A stretch of DNA of 64,000 nt from Myxococcota bacterium (GTDB lineage: Bacteria; Myxococcota; XYA12-FULL-58-9; JABJBS01). Location: contig JAYZAY010000011.1 in the NCBI GenBank assembly GCA_036339465.1, positions 64,001-128,000 on the forward strand. Direction: 5' to 3'. The notes under the pieces are model-generated. The model made no database searches and was not told the origin of the DNA. It saw only the letters and a program-made list of their open reading frames with translations. The translations under genes were made by a program, and so were the position numbers. Positions within the stretch are counted from its first letter, which is position 1, and each line of letters starts with the position of its first letter. Of the stretch, positions 61,401 to 64,000 are shown piece after piece.

Positions 61401-62371
61401 TCAAGCGAGATCCTTTCAAGGGTACTCTTTCCCTTGATGACAAGATTTCCAGCTCCCAGCCCAGGCGCTTCGACTTCGTTGCCCGCAAAGTGGAAATCAG
61501 CTTCTAACTTGTCGAGAGGTCCTTTAAGATTGGTTTGATAGGATAGAGAACCTTTGAGGTCGATGTCTGTGAAGAAGTTGCAAATAGAGTAAAGATCTAA
61601 TTTTCCGTGAACACTCATGGTGAGATTTGGAGTTTGAAGGTAGGGAAACTCAAAGCTTCCAGCCAATAGAGCTTCCGATTTGTTTGTCTGCAGAACCAGG
61701 GACGGTATTGTAAATGTTGGGTAGCCGAATTCAGGATGACGACCCAGTACGAAATCCCCTTGAATTCCTATTTTTGCAATCTTACCAGTTGCAATATGCT
61801 TGATGATACCTTCTCTAATTTCCAACTCATAACTGTGTTCTGAGCCCAATGTGGAACGTGAGAGCTGGGCTGAGTTGAGTTGAATCATCACGTCTTGCTG
61901 CGTCAAATGGATGGTTACATCGAATAATTCTATATTTGGAAACTGCAGTTTCAAAAGGCCAAGCTCATCCTCATTTGTCGAATCTCTTTGGTACTTAGGT
62001 GGGGGTGGCTCTGAGTTTTCTTCAATATGGCCAAGAATTCCCCAGGCCACGACGCGAAATGGTAATTTATCTGGAGATAGGAGGTGAAAGTAATTTGGTC
62101 GGACTGAAAGAAGTCGGACCTGCCCATGGTGAAGGTCTTGGTTATCTCCAACGGGAATTTCATTAAACCGGAGGTCTCGGACTTGTAGTTCGAGTGGAAG
62201 AAATTTGAATTCAACCGAAGCTAGGGAGACATCCTGCCCGAAATGTTCTTTTAGAAGGTTGGTGGTCCAAGGGGCTAAGGTCTCTGGGGTAAAATAGACC
62301 TTGGCCAGCACGCCCATAAGGATCAGGCTTAGGGAAATTACCAGTAGGATTAATTGACCCAATCTTTTCAT
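58475..62371 (-). CDS. TamB/AsmA-like translocation and assembly protein
   Basis: N-terminal TM anchor, long beta-taco repeats (LKGPLDKL, IDGPLNNPSISG), DUF490-like C-terminus; adjacent to the Omp85 gene. Confidence 0.8.
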   Translation of the reverse strand: MKRLGQLILLVISLSLILMGVLAKVYFTPETLAPWTTNLLKEHFGQDVSLASVEFKFLPLELQVRDLRFNEIPVGDNQDLHHGQVRLLSVRPNYFHLLSPDKLPFRVVAWGILGHIEENSEPPPPKYQRDSTNEDELGLLKLQFPNIELFDVTIHLTQQDVMIQLNSAQLSRSTLGSEHSYELEIREGIIKHIATGKIAKIGIQGDFVLGRHPEFGYPTFTIPSLVLQTNKSEALLAGSFEFPYLQTPNLTMSVHGKLDLYSICNFFTDIDLKGSLSYQTNLKGPLDKLEADFHFAGNEVEAPGLGAGNLVIKGKSTLERISLEKIVWTQNKEKKLIASLQANLNSPLDSLKVNLELSTIKLSTLYPIFGIESPYPVETTLSGTLKTNPVSRQKRHRTTVALNLNTPTVISSNGEHIITIPPTAISGAFSWSRESIHFLGTKLRMAGATFAVNGSIAIAAPQLSELQIHGTRVNLKRFGPIAGLSYEGFGNIAATLEGPLKSLALSGTVEMKDLAIAGIQLGKTTSTVMYHKEILHILRAKLRYKLGYLEGKGRIHFFHPDQTELFVKTNQTEGIELLEALDLLPEVRVGLKGLVNAEANLRGPLEKLEGQISFHSPSLEYRDVEIGETTGNIQLRQNGNIMAMTTTHSPGSGNLEAKILLPKLNQLDLALKAQEVPTSIFNPWLDGTKLQGTLSGQTKMRNFFHMMSGMGIIRVDNAKLNDADFGKISATFEANAGQINLKVAAIENTLTGEFNINQKNDYSFAGTLSFINILANKLVPLPPALKAITSGSVFAQGTLEEIEKIGIDSELNQLHLKIHDQEFRNEGPIRMQLSEKLLTIEPSVITNGQLRGTLRGTLDENGQVQLTTSGTGDFKELLKLVELSSGKAPINFALQIDGPLNNPSISGRAVMSDAHLKVDSLGLELNELESELRFSGRTVHIENFSGHIKDGIVNGQGNMILHANQKPEFDLLLDINEVYWKPLSNLDLVASGQLQLNGLSNELQLRGDIELQSLRYDANIDLKHLLGLANQSQGIESEAQAPINLRIKLKADDNIIFINNFIESELQAELDLTGTTQRIGLLGSASLIWANITLGGNHYRVQHATVDFIDEYAIRPRYDLRATTEACGLSLMVMVRGDADRYTISATGQDDSGPVEPQEALLCAQFGLRLDSLNTANLGGENGEGLGVLPGAMDALWKVTGMDSQIKNYLPLVDQFSLTSGYSKTSRRIEPRIQVSKELGAKWQLEYNGPLYEQDEQHVFSLEYNIKPGVILEGTWVSESRVTIGDLGLDLRLDWKFD

Positions 62372-62428
62372 CGCCAGTTTCTCGTGAGCTAACCCATGGA
62401 TATTGAAGCATTCTCTATGGCTTAGAGG

Positions 62429-63652
62429 CTAGCATGTTGGTGGGAGGGACGTCTCCTTTTTGACGGACGCTTGAATAAAGTCAATAATTTTATGGGCCAC
62501 AGCTATTTTGGGTTGGTCGATCACCATTTGGGTCTCTCCCTCTTTGTTTAAGAGCAAGACCGTATTTGTTGCTGAGCCAAACCCCCCTTCGGGGGCAGTA
62601 ATGTCGTTGGCAACAATCAAATCGAGTCCCTTCTGGGCTAATTTTTCCCGCGCATATTTCTCCAGTTGTTCACTTTCTGCAGCAAAACCGACCATATACT
62701 GCCCCTTTTTCTGTTGAGAGAGGGTTTGGATGATGTCTGGGTTTTTTGTTAGGGCGATGGATTTCAGATTGCTTTTGCCTTTTTTCAGCTTTTGAGCCGA
62801 AGGCTGAGCCGGGCGAAAGTCTGCGGGGGCGGCGGCCATAATCACCGTGTGGACCTTGTTTAAGCGTGTTGCACAGGCTTGGAGCATCTCTTGGGTAGAA
62901 TTGACTTTAACCACTTCCTCCAGGTTGGTTGGTGTTGGCAATAGGGTGGGTCCGTGGACGAGATGCACATGGGCGCCTCGCTCGGTGGCTGCCTGGGCTA
63001 TGGCAAATCCCATTTTTCCTGAGGAGGGGTTTGAGAGAAATCTTGCCGGATCGATGGGTTCACGGGTGGGGCCGGCGGTGACGAGGATGTGTTTTTCGAT
63101 GAGGTCTTGCGGATAAAAAGCGCGACGAAAGAAATCGAGAATCACGTCGGGTTCTGGAAGTCGACCTATACCCTCTCGTCCTGATGCCAATGCTCCATTG
63201 TTGGGGTGTAAGATCTTGAAACCGCGTTTCCGAAGATTTTCCAGATTGTGGATGGTTGGGAGAGCATTCCACATCTCTGTTTCCATAGCCGGAGCGAGGC
63301 AAACGGGGTTTGGGGTACTTAAACAGAGGGCGGTTAGGGGATCTGTGGCTCGTCCCTGGGCCAGACGACTCAACAGATCGGCCGTGGTTGGGGCGATGAG
63401 GCTTGCGGTTACCCGGTGGGCGAGTTCCACGTGAGAAACTTCTCCGGATTCCGAACTGGACCAAAGATTTGTGAGGGGGCGTCGTCCAGCTAAGACGGCG
63501 ACGGAGAGTGGCGTCACGAAACGTTCTGCATTGGGGGTCATGATTGGCCAGACATTGGCCCCTTCTTCTACGAGTTTTCGGATCAAATAAAGGCTTTTGT
63601 AGGCCGCTATTCCGCCCGAAATACCAATGGCGATGTCTTTACCTTGCAGCAT
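62429..63652 (-). CDS. coaBC: Phosphopantothenoylcysteine decarboxylase/ligase
   Basis: GISGGIAAYK, APAMETEMW, TAGPTREPIDPARFLSNPSSGKMG, GFAAE. Confidence 0.96.
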   Translation of the reverse strand: MLQGKDIAIGISGGIAAYKSLYLIRKLVEEGANVWPIMTPNAERFVTPLSVAVLAGRRPLTNLWSSSESGEVSHVELAHRVTASLIAPTTADLLSRLAQGRATDPLTALCLSTPNPVCLAPAMETEMWNALPTIHNLENLRKRGFKILHPNNGALASGREGIGRLPEPDVILDFFRRAFYPQDLIEKHILVTAGPTREPIDPARFLSNPSSGKMGFAIAQAATERGAHVHLVHGPTLLPTPTNLEEVVKVNSTQEMLQACATRLNKVHTVIMAAAPADFRPAQPSAQKLKKGKSNLKSIALTKNPDIIQTLSQQKKGQYMVGFAAESEQLEKYAREKLAQKGLDLIVANDITAPEGGFGSATNTVLLLNKEGETQMVIDQPKIAVAHKIIDFIQASVKKETSLPPTC

Positions 63653-63763
63653 TACCAACCTATAGCGTATTCGTGCTGGGAGCGGTAGGGCTTGTGAGTT
63701 GTAGAATGACCCTTACTCTTGTGTGGATTGAGCACCCGAAAATGTTCTAGGAGGCTAGTGGCT

Positions 63764-64000
63764 ATGGGATTTATGGACCTGTTTAATAGGGGCCCTCTGT
63801 CCGAGAAGAAAATCGAAAAGATTACGAAGTTGGCTTGTAATCCTTTTGCGCAACCTGATGTACGGGTTCGTGAAATGCAGCGTTTGTTGGCAGAGGGGAC
63901 GCCCACCGCGCTTCGAGCCGCGCTCAAGAGGTTTGCGGCAAATGCCCATGGGGGTATTGCTGATGAGGAAGAGAAGGAGTGGCTTACGGAGAAATTGTTG
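63764..64000 (+). CDS. Helical (HEAT-like) hypothetical protein, 3'-truncated by the window edge
   Basis: AGGAGG SD, then an open frame MGFMDLFNRGPLSEKKIEK...DEEEKEWLTEKLL to the end of the window; not in the supplied ORF track. Confidence 0.6.
   Translation, partial: MGFMDLFNRGPLSEKKIEKITKLACNPFAQPDVRVREMQRLLAEGTPTALRAALKRFAANAHGGIADEEEKEWLTEKLL

Overview
Mostly housekeeping chromosome from a Gram-negative bacterium. Gene order and content (HprK-containing PTS cluster after rpoN, kdsB-pyrG-kdsA, RpoH-like sigma, PilZ domain, TamB/Omp85 pair) point to Myxococcota or a related deltaproteobacterial lineage; this is an inference. The window contains tRNA-Gln-prs-rplY-pth-hppA-rpsF-rplI-dnaB, pyrH-frr-uppS-cdsA-rseP-tsaB, PBP1A, rplU-rpmA-obgE, a Crp regulator, a TldD/TldE pair, Slt and ComEC, a long minus-strand kdsB...rpoN...PTS cluster, TamB/Omp85 and coaBC. 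I saw no mobile elements, CRISPR arrays or rRNA. The most interesting stretch is 52.2-55.4 kb. It has a soluble class III adenylate cyclase fused to a PilZ domain with intact c-di-GMP motifs and to a degenerate GGDEF domain that keeps its I-site, a candidate c-di-GMP-to-cAMP converter. Upstream is an unannotated ~200-nt rod-shaped inverted-repeat element (6S-like RNA or cis switch), and downstream is a Cys-less Rrf2 regulator coupled to an RpoH sigma factor. Other oddities: in-frame premature stops in cdsA and in a diacylglycerol-kinase-like gene, a decaying ptsN, a SprT-like pseudogene, a lipase-like protein lacking its catalytic Ser, and genes missing from usually conserved neighbourhoods (rpsR, dxr/ispE, hpf, lptC). 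All product calls come from motif recognition by eye; no database searches were run.
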